A DNA stretch of 64,000 nucleotides from Sphyrna mokarran (lineage: Eukaryota). The translations under genes were made by a program, and so were the position numbers. Location: assembly GCA_024679065.1 (NCBI GenBank), contig JAGIQG010000014.1, positions 28,086,001 through 28,150,000 of the forward strand, in the 5' to 3' direction. Below the pieces are notes generated by a model. That model was not told the DNA's origin and made no database searches. It was given only the letters and a program-made list of their open reading frames with translations. Of this stretch, positions 45,955-59,042 are shown one piece after another; position 1 is the first letter of the stretch; every line of letters begins with the position of its first letter.

Positions 45955-46924
45955 TTTTTCTTTGGCGATCTGTCCAATTTTGTAGGAGTGCTTCTACAAA
46001 ATGCTTTCGTACTTTCTTTTCTGTGTTAAAGATGTTACGTAAATGTAAGTTTTCATTTTAATATCTCACCATATTTTCAAGTTAACAGAATTGTACCAGG
46101 TGGAAAAATTGCTGACTGGCTCTTATGGTTGACTTGGAGTTATATTCAGCAACCTCTTTGTCACCTTTGCTCCTTTCAGTTGACTGCTTGACAAGGCCTG
46201 CCTGCCATAGAGACTCTGTGACAATGACTCTTTGTATTGTCCTGTGCATAGGACAGACTGTTGATCCTTGAAGTAAGAATCAATTGTAATACAGGTTGCT
46301 CTTAGGTGTATCCAAGCACATGAAATAATGCTTCAATAGTGGACAAGAATTGTTGCCATTGATAAATCTGCCTTATCATGTCTCTGTCCAAGTGATGTTC
46401 CAGGACACTGCAGAGCTATCTTAAACTATGACTGCAAGATGTAGCCCACACTTTGGTGGCCCAACATGAAGTTCAGGCATTGTGACAAAGGAATTCAATA
46501 CTTGAATGGGTGCTGGCAGTACCTTGTGAGCACCCCTGAAGATCTAACTAGGTTCAATCTATAACCCTGAGACCTTCTATATTGTACCTACGTGATAAAG
46601 CCGCACAGACTTTCCTTGCTTCTATTACATGTCCTTACTTGAGTCCAAGCAAACAAGATTTCCTATACCTAAAATTAGCAGATGGCATATTCTGCTACTA
46701 GTAGCTGCCTGAATTAAGTTCAAAGCTTGAAAATCATGGGCTGTTGTAATATTAATACCTGATAATGGAGTATTGCAGAGTTTGTTACAGGTCTGCTTGG
46801 AATGCAAGTGTAACTTTTGTCACAATATCCATTGTGATCTTCAACGAATGGAGGTGATTATCCATCTACCTGTTGTTTCTGGTGAACGCAACTGTGAGTG
46901 AGTGCAATCTGACCTACTTCATAA

Positions 46925-47275
46925 AATCATAGAATCCCTACGGTGCAGAAGGGGTTATTTGGCTCATCAAATCTGCACCAAATCCCTAAAAGAGTATTTT
47001 AGCCAGGCACTCTCCCCAGCCCTGCACCCATAATCCTACACATTTCACATGGTTAATCCTATCTAACTGACATCTTGGGGCAATTTAGCATGGCCAATTC
47101 ACCCAACCTGCACATCTTTGAACTGTGGGAGGAAACCAGGATATCCAGAAGAAACCCACACAGAGGCGGGAAGAATGTTCACACTCCATGCAGATAGTCA
47201 CCCAAGACTGGAATTGAATCTGAGTCACTGGACTTGTGAGGCAGCAGTGCTAACCAGTGTGCTACTGGGCCACTT
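46925..47275 (-). mobile_element. HE1-like V-SINE
   Basis: Full head/V/tail arrangement on the minus strand. Confidence 0.8.
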
Positions 47276-48369
47276 GGCTTCCATCCTACACTTATTTCTT
47301 CCAAAAGCACAAATCTGGAAGACTCTATCGTGGGGAAATTTTAAGAGGTGGCCAATTGTGTTTTAAATAAAGACAATTCAAAAGTTGCAAGGCAAATATA
47401 TCTATGCAAAAGGTGTAACAAAGTTATTTATCACACAACATGAAAACACAAGATAATACAAATATACAGCTGACTGGAGTCTCACGAAGAGCTACATAGC
47501 TCTAAGGACAGAGCAACAGAAGCTCTCTGAAAGAACTGAATTACAGAGTTAAATACATGTGTAAGCTGTCTGCTATATTTTGTTTCCTTTTCTTTGACGT
47601 TGATTTCTTTTTTTTTGTTGGAGCCAGCAACACAACCCAGGTACATCTTTTGATTCTTTTCTTTCACCGTCACCATTCCCTTTGGCTTTGGAAGACTCTT
47701 CTGTCATTGAATATCCTCTGACTTCAGTTGACTCTAACTACCCTTTGCAAAGGCATAGCACGTAATTCAGTTCAAGGGTAATTAAGACTGGGCAACAAAT
47801 GCTGGCCTTGTCAGCAATACTTACACAGCAATAATCATTTAACTCTATACTGATTCCTTGTCCTCTGAAAGATTGCATTCTGCCTACAAATCCTATTAAG
47901 GAGTTTGAAATCCCCTTCCACAGCCCCCCCCCATGTGAAAACCATCATCATTACTCATAAACCACAATCACAGCTTTTGAAATAGCAAGATTGACACAAA
48001 AGTTGGTTGGTGACAATGGAAAGAAAATATTAGAAGTGATGGGGAAATGGGCTGGAAATAGTTCAAAGACTCTTAGTACAAAGCATTTCAAAGAGCTGCT
48101 TATATTTAATAATATTTTTTTGTCAATTGCTTTACTTTAGTTCTATTGTTAACCATTTTGCAGGTTTGTGGCAAAGAACAGCTGCCAGTGGTTTTTCTAA
48201 AAATGCAGATAAGAATCAAAATGAGTAATTCTCATAACAGTGAACTATGACTCAAAAGGTCATTTTTCATAGATTCACAATATTTCACTTTGCATATTTG
48301 TATTCAGATTGTTTTCTGACATTTTCACCACATCTAGTGTGCCGCCACCACCAAACATGTTACCCTCCT

Positions 48370-48700
48370 GTTCCCTTTCAGCACGTACCTACTGTGATAC
48401 TCTGGTTCACTTCTCAGTCATGCCATCCCCATTCTTTGGGCATCTACCCATGTGAACAAAGAAGATATGACACCTTCCTTTGAACCACATCTTACTTCAC
48501 CGTCCAAGACCCATTACACTCCTTCGACAATTTACGTGTACTTTCTTCAAGCTAATATGCTACATTCGCTGTTCACAATGTTGTCTGCTCATCTCTGGGG
48601 AGACCAAATGCAGTGAGGATCAACTTTAGCTTAAGGAACAACAGCTCATCTTCTGAATAGGCTGTTTACAGCCTCCTGGGCTCAACAGTATAAGACCGTA
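48370..48700 (+). mobile_element. Penelope GIY-YIG endonuclease remnant
   Basis: Reads FTCTFFKLICYIRCSQCCLLISGETK, a decayed form of FTCxSxNLIYCIxCxxCxxxYIGET. Confidence 0.65.
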
Positions 48701-50369
48701 TGGAAACAAAAGGTTTGTTTCCTTTTTGATGTCGGTTTTTCTCTTACTATTCTTTTGTTTGGAGTCAGCAGCACACCCCAGGCACATCTTTTGATTCTTT
48801 TCTTGTACAATCACCATTTCCTTTGGCCTTGTAGGACTCTTATGTCATTGAATATCTCCTGACTTGAGTTGACTCTAACTGCCCTTTGTAGAGGCCTAGC
48901 AAGTCGTTCAGTTCAAGGGTAATTAGGACTGGGCAATAAATGCTGGCCTTGCCAATGATGCTCACACACCAAGAATAATGAAAAAGACATTATCATCCCT
49001 TGCCAACCTCTTTGAAATCCACCTGGTAAGATTTGAATCCTTTGTGATCATTTTGGTATATTTTTTAACATTATATATAAAAATTCAGTCCATCTAGATT
49101 GTTGTACCTTTACCGTACCTAGATGATTTTGATTCTCACATGAAACATATCAGATTCAGAAGGGGCTTCACAGGGTAAACAGGGGGAGGTTATTTCCTCT
49201 GGCTGCTGAATCTGAAACACAAGGGCACAGTCTCAGGATAGACGATGATCTTTTAGGACTGAGAAGAGAGGATATTTCTTCACTCAAGCAGATTGCAAGT
49301 CTTTGGAATTCTCTATCTCTGAGGACCGTAGATGTCTCTCCATCATTCATTGTACTTAAAACCGGGTAGGTAGATGTTTGTTGAGGGATACCAGGAACAG
49401 AAGGGAAAGTGGAGTTGAAGATCTGCCATGACTGTATTGAATGGGCTCTAGAGGCTGTAGGGGGGTCTACTTCTCTTCCTATTTATTGTGTGTTCTAGTT
49501 AAAATATGTGTGATCCTGAGGGCTGTTTTTAGGCTGAATGCTGAATGAGTGTTTCCTTTTGTGGGTGAAACTAGAACAATGAGATATAGTTTTTTTAAAA
49601 TAAGGGACCCCTCATTTAGGGTGGAAATGAGGAGAATTTTCTTTCTCTCAAAGAGAGATTAATTTATGCAATTCTCTCCCCGAGAGAGCAGAGCAGGCTG
49701 GGTCATTGACTACTTTTAAAAGATAGAATCTTAACTGATCAGGGAGTCAGAGGGTGGAGGAATAGATAGGAAACTGCAGGCTACAATCAGATTAGCCATG
49801 TTCTTATGAAAGGCAGAGCATTTTCAAGCTGCCAAATGACCTACCACTGCTCCTAATTCATACATATGTTTGTATGTAGTAAAATGTCTGTGTTGAACAT
49901 GGTATGGTCAGAGAGTGGAAGTGTACGTGGGGAATTCAGCAGGCGAGGAGCCGGGATCAGGAGCGAGAGAACATTCTTCAATCACCTGTTAGGACTTGTT
50001 CAAACAATGAAAAATCTGGGGGAAAGGAGTGGGGGGAGGGTACAAAATGGATGCCAATTTTGTATTGGGCTAGTTTTAATAAAGTGATTCTGATGAAGGC
50101 AGCACTTGACCAAATGTGACATCAAGGACCCCCTGCAAAAGTGGAGTCAATGGGGATCAGGGAAAAATTATTCATTGGTGGGAGTCATACAAAGGACAAA
50201 AAAATCTTGTTGGAGGTAAATCATCTCAGTTCCAGGACATCATTGCAGGAGTCCCGAGTACTATCTTAGGCCCAAGCACGTCAGCCGCTTCATCAATGGC
50301 CTTCCTTCCATAATAAGGCCAGAAGGAAAGATGTCAACTGATGATTGCGCAATGTTCAGCACCATTCAT

Positions 50370-52149
50370 AGTGCTGAAGTTCACAGAGGGTGGTGGTTGA
50401 TGGGAATTATTCATCATGGAGTTCGGTTACAAGTGGTGTACCTCAGGGATCTGTTTTGGGGCCTCTGCTGTTTGTAACTTTTATAAATCATCTGGATGAG
50501 GGTATAGAAGGATGGATTACTAAATTTGCTGATGACACCAAAGTCGGAGGAGTGGTAGCTAGTGAAGAGGGCTGTTATAGTTTGCAGAGAGACTTAGACA
50601 AGTTGCAGAGCTGGGCTGAGAGGTGGCAAATGGAGTTTAATGCGGAAAAGTGTGAGGTAATTCACATTTTCAGAAATAACAAATGTATAGAGTATAGGGC
50701 TAATGGTAGGACTCTTAATAGTGTTGACGAACAGAGGGATCTCGGTGTATATGTGCATAGATCCCTGAAATGGCAATCAAGTCGATAAGGTTGTTAAGAA
50801 GGCATACGGAGTCTTGGCTTTTATTGGTAGAGGGATTGAATTTCGGAGCCGCAACATCATGTTGCAACTGTACAAAACTCTAGTGCAGCTGCACTTGGAG
50901 TATTGTGTACAGTTCTGGTCGCCACATTGTAAGAAAAATGTGGAGGCATTGGAGAGGGTGCAGAGGAGGTTTACCAGGATGTTGCCTGGTATGGAGGGCA
51001 GGTCATATGAGGAGAGGCTGAGGGATTTGAGGTTGTTTTCATTAGAGAGAAGGCGGCTAAGAGGTGACCTTATTGAGGCATATAAGACGATCAGAGGATT
51101 AGACAGGATGGATAGTGATAGCCTTTTTCCTCGGATGGAGAAAGCTAGCACGAGGGGACATAACTTTAAACTAAGGGGTGGTAGTTATACAAAGAACAAA
51201 GAACAAAGAGCAACACAGCACGGGAAACAGGCCCTTCGGCCCAATGAGCCCGCGTCACCGTCCTAACGTCTTAATGACATATCCATGACTTTAGGCTATG
51301 CCTATTGTGTAAGATTCCCATATAGGGACCAATATAGGGACAATTTGTTACCCAATCAGCCTAAGAGCACATTTTTGGGATGTGGGAGGAAACCGGAGCA
51401 CCCGGAGAAAACCCACGCAACCACAGGGAGAACGCGCAAACTCCCGCAGACACAGGCCCAAATCTATGTGTCTGCACAGCAACAGCGATAGTCTCTGAGC
51501 TGTCATGTTGCCCATCAGATGATCCAGTTTAAGCATATACTAACGACTTGAAGCACTAGGCCACTCCTGAAGCAACATCCAAGAGCAGCCCTCGCACGAC
51601 CTGCCAAATGCATGCACCTTGTTGGTCAACAAGGTGGACCGAATTGCCTGTGGAAACAAATAAGATATTTAGACAGTCCTGCTATATCCCTCTATCTGCA
51701 GACTGCTCACGTGGCTGTCCAAGAGACACTTAAACAACCCTAGCGTGCCTGCTCCCACCACCTTACTTGGCAGTGCACTCCACATCCCCACTACCTTTTG
51801 TGTGAAAAACTGCCGTCTAATAATCGTCTTATACATAGCCCCCCTCACCCTAAGGCCATGACCCCTCGTTCTATCCATTTCTAATGGTGGAAAAAGCTTA
51901 CCACCATTATAGGATGGATGTCAGAGGTAGGTTCTTTACCCAGAGGGTGGTAAGGGTATGGAATGCCCTGCCTGCAGCAGTTGTAGATGTACCAAGTTTG
52001 GGGGTATTTAAGCGGTCAGTAGATAGGTTTATGGATGAAAAGGGAATGGTTTAGGTTAGAGGGTCATTGCTTTTTCTCAATTGGTCAGCGCAACATCGAG
52101 GGCTGAAGGGCCTGTTCTGCGCTGTAATGTTCTATGTTCTATGTTCTAT
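50370..52149 (+). mobile_element. CR1 LINE (HER1-like), 5'-truncated, RT domain to (ATGTTCT)n tail
   Basis: [14 protein letters not shown]...KFADDTK and HLEYCVQFWSP; TSD ATTCAT at 50364-50369 / 52148-52153. Confidence 0.95.
51190..51906 (-). mobile_element. CR1/V-SINE chimeric element inserted inside the CR1
   Basis: ORF2 C-terminus RTRGHGLRVRG...FFTQKVVGMWSALP...EGYSRTV*, then UTR, V-SINE body and tail; TSD TTATA at 51185-51189 / 51907-51911. Confidence 0.9.
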
Positions 52150-52166
52150 TCATGACTCCCCAAATA

Positions 52167-53331
52167 GAAACATAGAAACATAGAACATTACCGCACAGTA
52201 CAGACCTTTCGGCCCTCAATGTTGTGCCGAGCTATGTCCAATCCCAAGAGCAAGCTATTCCCTCCCTATAATTCTGGAGTGCTCCATGTGCCTATCCAAT
52301 AACTGCTTGAAAGTTCTTAAAGCGTCCGATTCCACAACCAGAGCAGGCAGTCTATTCCACACTCCAACACTCTGAGTAAAGAATCTACCTCGGACATCCC
52401 TCCTATATCTCACACAATGAACCTTATACTTATGCCCCCTAGTAACTGTTACATCCACCAAGGAAATAATCTCTGCACATCCACTCTATCAATCCCTCTC
52501 ATCATCTTTTAAACCTCTACTAAGTTGCCTCTCATCCTCCTCCGCTCCAAAGAGAAAAGCCCCAGCTCTCTCAATCTTTCCTCATAAGACCTACCCTCCA
52601 AACCAGGCAGCATCCTGGTAAATCTCCTCTGCACTCTCTCCAATGCTTCCACATTCTTCTTATAATGAGGTGACCAGAACTGAACACAATATTCCAAATG
52701 TGATCTCACCAACATCCGGTATAGTTGCAGCATAACCCCACTGCTCTTAAACTCAAATCCCCTGTTAATAAACACTAACACACAATAAGCCTTCTTCATG
52801 GCTCTATCCACTTGAGTGGCAACCTTCAGAGATCTGTGGATATGAACCCCAAGATCTATCTGTTCCTTCACGTTCCTTAGAACCATTGACCCCGTAATTT
52901 GCATTCAACTTTGTCCTACCAAAATGAATCACTTTGCACTTATCAGGGTTAAATTCCATCTGCCACTTTTCGGCCCAGCTCTGCATCTTATCAATGTTTC
53001 TTTGCAGCCTGCAAGAGCCCTCCACCTCATCCACCACTCCACCAATCTTGATGTCATCAGCAAATTTACTAACCCACTCTTTAGCCCCTCTTCCAAGTCA
53101 TTGATAAAAATCACAAATAGCAGAGGACCCAACACTGACCCCTGTGGTACACCACTGGGAACTGGCCTCCAGTCTGAAAATTTTCCCTCCACCACCATCT
53201 TCTATTTTCTATGAGACAGCCAGTTACTTATCCAATTGGCCAAATTTCCTTCTATCCCACACCTACTTATCTTCTCCATGAGCCTACCATGGGGGACCTT
53301 ATCAAATGCCTTACTAAAATCCATGTATACA
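52167..53331 (-). mobile_element. CR1 LINE, 5'-truncated, tail-to-tail with the + strand CR1
   Basis: [35 protein letters not shown]; TSD AAATA at 52162-52166 / 53332-53336. Confidence 0.95.
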
Positions 53332-53863
53332 AAATACTGAAGCAGTACTGAAATGCAGCAAGATCTGGACAATAACCAGGCTTCAGTTGGCAAGCAACAA
53401 ATAACATTCAGAGCACACAAATGTCAGGCAATAGCAATGTCCAACAAGAGAGAATCTACCTCACCTTTTTGGTAAATAACTCATGATGGAATACTCTCCC
53501 ATTGCCTGGATGAGTCAACTTCAACAAATAAAGTAGTTCAACACCATCCGGAACAAAGCAGTCAGCTTGATTTGCACCCCATCCACACTCACTCCCTCCA
53601 CCACTGACAAACAGTGGCATCAGCGTGTACCATCTACAAGATACATTGCAGAAATTCATCAAGACACCTTAAATAACACCTTCCAAATCCACAACCACCA
53701 TCGTCTAGAAGGACAAAGGCAGCTGACACACGAGAATATCACCGCCTGGAGGGTCTCTGCCAAATCACTCACCATTCTGGCTTGGAAATATATTACCATT
53801 CTTTCACTGTCACTGGGTCAAAATCCTTGAACTCCCTCCCTAACAAGGCTGCGGGCGTACCTA

Positions 53864-55277
53864 CAGGCCAGATTTTACTATTTTCATTCTAAGCGTCGAT
53901 TCTGCGTGTAGTACAGATCTGACTTAGAAGTCTGCTTTCAGGCACCCCCATACACTCTCAGCCATCTCCGCTCTGATTAGCACTGGAGATGGCAGAACTT
54001 AGCACTGCTGGAATTATCAGAGCTTTGAACTGTGCTCGCGCAGTTGGAAAAAAAACTGGAAAAAGCACACACATGTCAGATTGCTTCCGAATCGCAGATA
54101 GCGGAGAAAGCAATCAGGGAACGAAAAACAGAAGTGAGGATGTATCTCGGGGAGAGAAGGAAGGAGGAGGGAAGCAGGTAAGATGTGTCTGGGGGTGGGT
54201 GCAGCTGGATCTCTGGTGGCAGGGGCAGATGGATCTCTGGTGCGGGGGTACAGGGAGGTCTGTTTCCACTCTGCAGGCGATTGGTGGGGCGGGGGGGGCA
54301 AGGGTGGTGATTGGTCTGGGTAGTGGGGAAGTGGATAAGGGGGGGCAGGGATGTGTGTGTGTGTGTGTGTGTCCCCTTTCTATACCTCTACTACCCACGC
54401 ACATCATTGCCCCCCACCTTATCCACTTCCAACTAACCCTCTGATTGCCACCTCTGCCCCCTTCTACCTCCCCAACTATCACCCTCAGAGTGGCAGTGGA
54501 CCTTCCCAGCCCCTCCACCAGATATTCATCTGCACCCCCTACCAGAGATCCATCTGCACCCCCCACCAGAGATCCATCTGCCATCCCCCACCAGAGATCC
54601 ATCTGCCATCCCTTACCAGAGCTTCATCTGCTCCTCCCGAGATCCATCTGCCCCCCCAACCCGAATCCATCTGACCCCTCCCTCCCCCTATGGCCCCGCC
54701 CCCCCAAGACAACGATCTGGCCTTATTTCCCCCTTCAACGAACTTGCCTCACCACCGCCCTCATAGAATAGTCTGGCATCACTCCCCTCCCCCCCTCAGA
54801 AGAACATCTGACCCACCTTCTCCCTCCCTCACCACCAGACAACGATCAGTCCTCCCCCTGCCACCAGATAACGATCAGCTCTCCGACCCACCACCAGACG
54901 ATCAGCTCCCCGCCCCCCCCCCCCCCCCCACCGCCTCCACTCTCACCCTCACAACTGATCTGAATCAGAGAGCCATTGGATCATTAAACGTGGCGTCAGA
55001 GGCTGGAGCACCCAACTCAGACTTTTATTCAGCAGGTCCCTAAAAGCGCGGTTCCGGATTAATAAACGCGGCGGTAAAGGGGGGGTTGCTGATAGAGTTG
55101 AGTGGGCAATTCATTAATTCAATTTAAATGATTTGGATGCCAAACGGATCCCCGCCATTCTTGGTAAAGTTGCGAACTGCACGGACTTGGGTGCAGATTG
55201 TGATAAAGGCCTCACAGCCGACTTTACCATGATTTTGCGCCCAAAAACAGGCACAAATTGTTGGCAAAATTGGGCCC
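53864..55277. mobile_element. Non-autonomous TIR element with internal ~21-bp repeats
   Basis: GGCCAGATTTTACTA...TGGCAAAATTGGGCCC, flanked by TA; CCACCAGAGATCCATCTG(C) repeats at ~54515-54660 and inverted at ~54205-54245. Confidence 0.75.
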
Positions 55278-55984
55278 TACATCTTGGATTGCCGTTGTTC
55301 AAGAAGGCAGCTTTTCAGGGGCTGAGCAATAATTGCTGGCCTAGCTAGTGAAGCACACATCCCAGGAATGAATTGAAAAAATTCTGTTGGGAATTTTCAA
55401 ATAATAGGTCATTAAGTCAGAGAGCTAGTAAGGGCGTTATTACAATAATAACTGCATAAAAACAGGTCAGTTTTGAAATAATAGCTTAATTTATAAGTTG
55501 CAAACTTTTATTATTTTCCTTTTAACGATTTACATTGTAAGTTATCTGCTTAATCCTTTATAGTTCAGTAAACATGTTTGGCAGTTGGAGACTATGGGGA
55601 ATTAAAAACAATTTTTGAAAATAATTTAAAGTAACACAGCTGGAACAATTAGAAGAAGAAAGGCAAAAAAATTTCAAAATATTATAGTTGGTCCTCAGGA
55701 TTGGAACTTTCCCTCTTCTTCAGTTGGACACCAATATAAAAAAGAAGGAATATGTTTCCTCCTGCAATGTTCTTTTTTAACCTACTCCCGCACTGTTTTC
55801 TCTGTTTCCTGAGGATCTATAATTGACAACCTCTTATAGTTCCCCAGCACTGCAGCCAAAAAGAAAACAGCAAGTTCCACATGTTCATTAATAATACCGA
55901 AATCTAACAGATTACCACCACCTCTCTCAATCCCTTCGACCATCTAATTTATCAGGCTGCTTGCTGTGAATGAGCAGGAATCTC

Positions 55985-56650
55985 CTCAATTAAATATTGT
56001 GAAGACTTCAAGTGGTTGTCAAAATCACTGCTCCTACCTCATGACTCCATCCCTCTGTCTGGCAATCATGTGATGCTGAATCAGATTGTCTGTAAGTCAA
56101 AGTTCTATTTGACTCTGAGCTTAACTTCTGAACTCAGACATATCCTCTCCATCAGCAAGTCTGTCCACTTCTACTTCCACAATCTGCCTTCTGATTTCTA
56201 TTCCAATGTCCTCTTAGTCAGCTTTCCTCTTTCCACAAACGCTACTACTTTTGCCTAATTTGCACGTAATTCCATTCACCCCAATCACTCCGATCTCACT
56301 GACTTACACTGACACCCTGTCAGCAAAACAAAATTCTCACTCGCTTGTTTAAAATTCTTCAAGGCTTTGAGCACCACTCCGCTCCTCCCCGTCTTTGTAA
56401 CTCCTCGCCAGCTGTACAATCCTCTGTGATCACTACACTGCTCCCATTCTGGTGTCTTACTCATTAGTTTTCTTTGGGCCACTGTCAATCACCATGCTTT
56501 TGGCTATCTCTGAAATTCCCTCAAAAATGTTCTACTCCTTTAGGATAATCCAGAGCACTTACTTCTCTGACCAAAATTTTGATTAACTTATTGAGCAGTC
56601 TATCTTGATTGTTATATTTCTGTGAAACCCCTTGTAAACCTGGTTTTAAT
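55985..56650 (+). mobile_element. Old L2 LINE 3' remnant
   Basis: Decayed L2 ORF2 C-terminal sequence (HILSISKSVHFYFHN; ITP.L.DLH.). Confidence 0.55.
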
Positions 56651-58131
56651 TTAAAGGCAAAATATAAACACATGTTGTGGTTTCCACTGTTTCCTTCGCA
56701 AACTCTCTTTAACCAAGACACCAGCATCACAGTGTGCAATGTTTATAAATCATATTGGTAGTCCATTAACAGAATTTATTTGTCCTTTCTTCATGTGGGA
56801 ATTTCAAAGGTACCTTATCTGGCACCAGAAAGGACCAAGAAGCCCGCTCAAATTATAAACTAAAATCACTCATTCTTGATCGTGCCATCGTCAGAGTATC
56901 AGCCATTCATTTCAGGACAGTGCACCTAGTTAAACATTGAACCCAGAGTGAGCATTATTCAGTCCCTCATATCTATACCTCAGTGCCATTTATCATTTTG
57001 GATTACAAAGCTACAAACTACTTCTGGAAAGTGGGATTAGGATACTTGGATGCATGATAGCTGGTGCAGATGTGACAGTCTAAAGTGCCTCTTTTTATGC
57101 TATTAAACTTGAGGGGGATCTTACCAAAAAAATTCTAAGGTCTGAATGAGCATGAAAATAGATGAGAATTGCACCAACTTTTTGGGTGACCTCCCAGTCG
57201 CAATCATATGGCATTTAGATTTAAAAAAAGTGCCCGGATGTGATTCTCAGCTGTAGGGGAATGGGCAGAGCCTATTCTCGCCTGGATACTGGCTGCTGAG
57301 TTCTAAGTATGCCATTGTGCAGGTGCTCTGATCTCCAGTGCACTAGTACACTAGGAGATCTCCCACCAGCACCCCTCTCTAGATATCATTAACCTTTTTT
57401 AAACAGCGGCGTAACATTAGCCATTTTCCAATCTTCTGGGTCATTGCCCTGACCGATTTTCTCCTATACCCCACCCCACCATGATCACCATTCCAGACAT
57501 CACTGACATCCAACCCAATTACCACTGCAGACCTCACTGATTTCTGTCCTCACCTCAATCATCGCTTTGGTGAAATCCCCACTGCCCCTCCAGTCGCCAC
57601 CCTGGACATTGCTGATCCCCACTCCCCCGATTACAATCCTGGCAGAACCCTATTTCCAATCACTTGGAGCCTTCAATGGCCTCCATTCCTACTAGTCTAT
57701 TCCTCATTGCTGGTGACTACACATGGTTCTTGCTGGTGAGGACCTCGATTGATGAGCAGATAAGAACAAGTGAGCCCAGGCGATAGTCTGAGAGTCACTA
57801 ATTATATTTAAAGGAACCAATGAGTAGTGAAATAGGCCTTGACTCAATTATAGATGATAGCTAATCTGTACCTCAATGTCACTCCATACCCCTTCATATC
57901 GCCAGTGAACAATTATCTATCACAACATCAGTGTTAAAAATTTCAACCAGTTCATCCTTTCAGGAGAAAGATTTCTAAATATTATTTAAATTTTGTGCCA
58001 ATAAAGAATTTCACCCCCAAATGTCTGAGTTCTTATTTTAAGATTATGTCCTCTTTTTCCAGATTCTTCATCATAAGAGGTAATCCACCTGTAACTATCT
58101 TACTGAATGCCTTTAGCACTTTAGACACCTT

Positions 58132-59042
58132 AGGGGTGATTCTACCAGCCCACTGCAATGCTAGAGCAGCACAGCAGGCCAGGAAGACATTTTGCAGGCT
58201 TCCTGCTGGACACTATGGCCTTCATGCATCTCCGGACCCCGGCATGGAGCTGATCTAAATATTTAAATGTGGATTTCCATTCCATTAGCAGGCCTGGACT
58301 GACATTTCTGGCCCCGCTAGCCTCTCCACACACCATCCTCCTCTCCTCCCAGTCAAGAATGGTTCGCTTCAGGGTGGGCTTAGAACACCTCCAGACTAAC
58401 AGGGTACTAGCTACTGTAGTGAAAGGGGTGCCATGGAGCATCCCAGGGAGGTTGGGGAGGGGAGATAAGGCTTCCCGCACTGCCCAAGAACAAAGTAGCA
58501 ATGTCCAGGGCACATCTTGGCACTGCCCACCAGGCATTGGGCAGTGCCAAAGGGGCAGAGTTTATGTGGGGAGAGATTGGTGGGGTGTGCTGCCACTCTG
58601 CACAAGGATCCATGGCAGAAGACCCTAACTGGGGCAAATTGGGGCTGTGGTTGGTTGGGGGGGGGGAATGGGTTGGGGGAATCAGGGCTGGCGGGTAGGA
58701 GGGTGGGAACATTGGGAGAGGTGTGGCTAGCCAGCGATGCTGAGGTCTCAGGATTGGCCTGCAATCTGCAGGCTGGCAGACAGGGGCTACTGCAAGTGCA
58801 CTGATTTCGGCACTGACAGATCAGCGCATTCGCAATGGCCTACTCAGCGCTATGCTGTTGGCCTCTGCAGTGGGAATAGGCCCTGACCCCGGATTTTAAA
58901 CGTGAATCAAGCTGGATACTCTGCAGTGCTCAGAGTGTGGGGGATTCACTTTGAAAATTCCACTTAAAAAAAAACAGTGGGAGTTACTCCTGCTTTTACA
59001 CGAATTTGGCACATAGAATTTTTTTGGGAGAATCCTGGCCCT
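58132..59042. mobile_element. MITE-like TIR element (inverted relative of 41172-42168)
   Basis: TA|GGGGTGATTCT...GGGAGAATCCTGGCCC|T; interior shares CTTGGCACTGCC..CAGGCATTGGGCAGTG with ~11470. Confidence 0.7.

Larger units (their letters stand above)
50075..55380 (+). mobile_element. Old LINE (CR1/L2-like clade, DeuSINE-type tail) split by younger insertions
   Basis: RT remnants (KAALDQM, DIIAGVP..LGP, TDDCAMF) at 50075-50369 continue at 52154-52166, 53337-53863 and 55278-55380 (tail). Confidence 0.75.

Noticed and set aside
50390-51266. Active reverse transcriptase gene
   Set aside because: 5'-truncated, frameshifted and interrupted CR1 copy.
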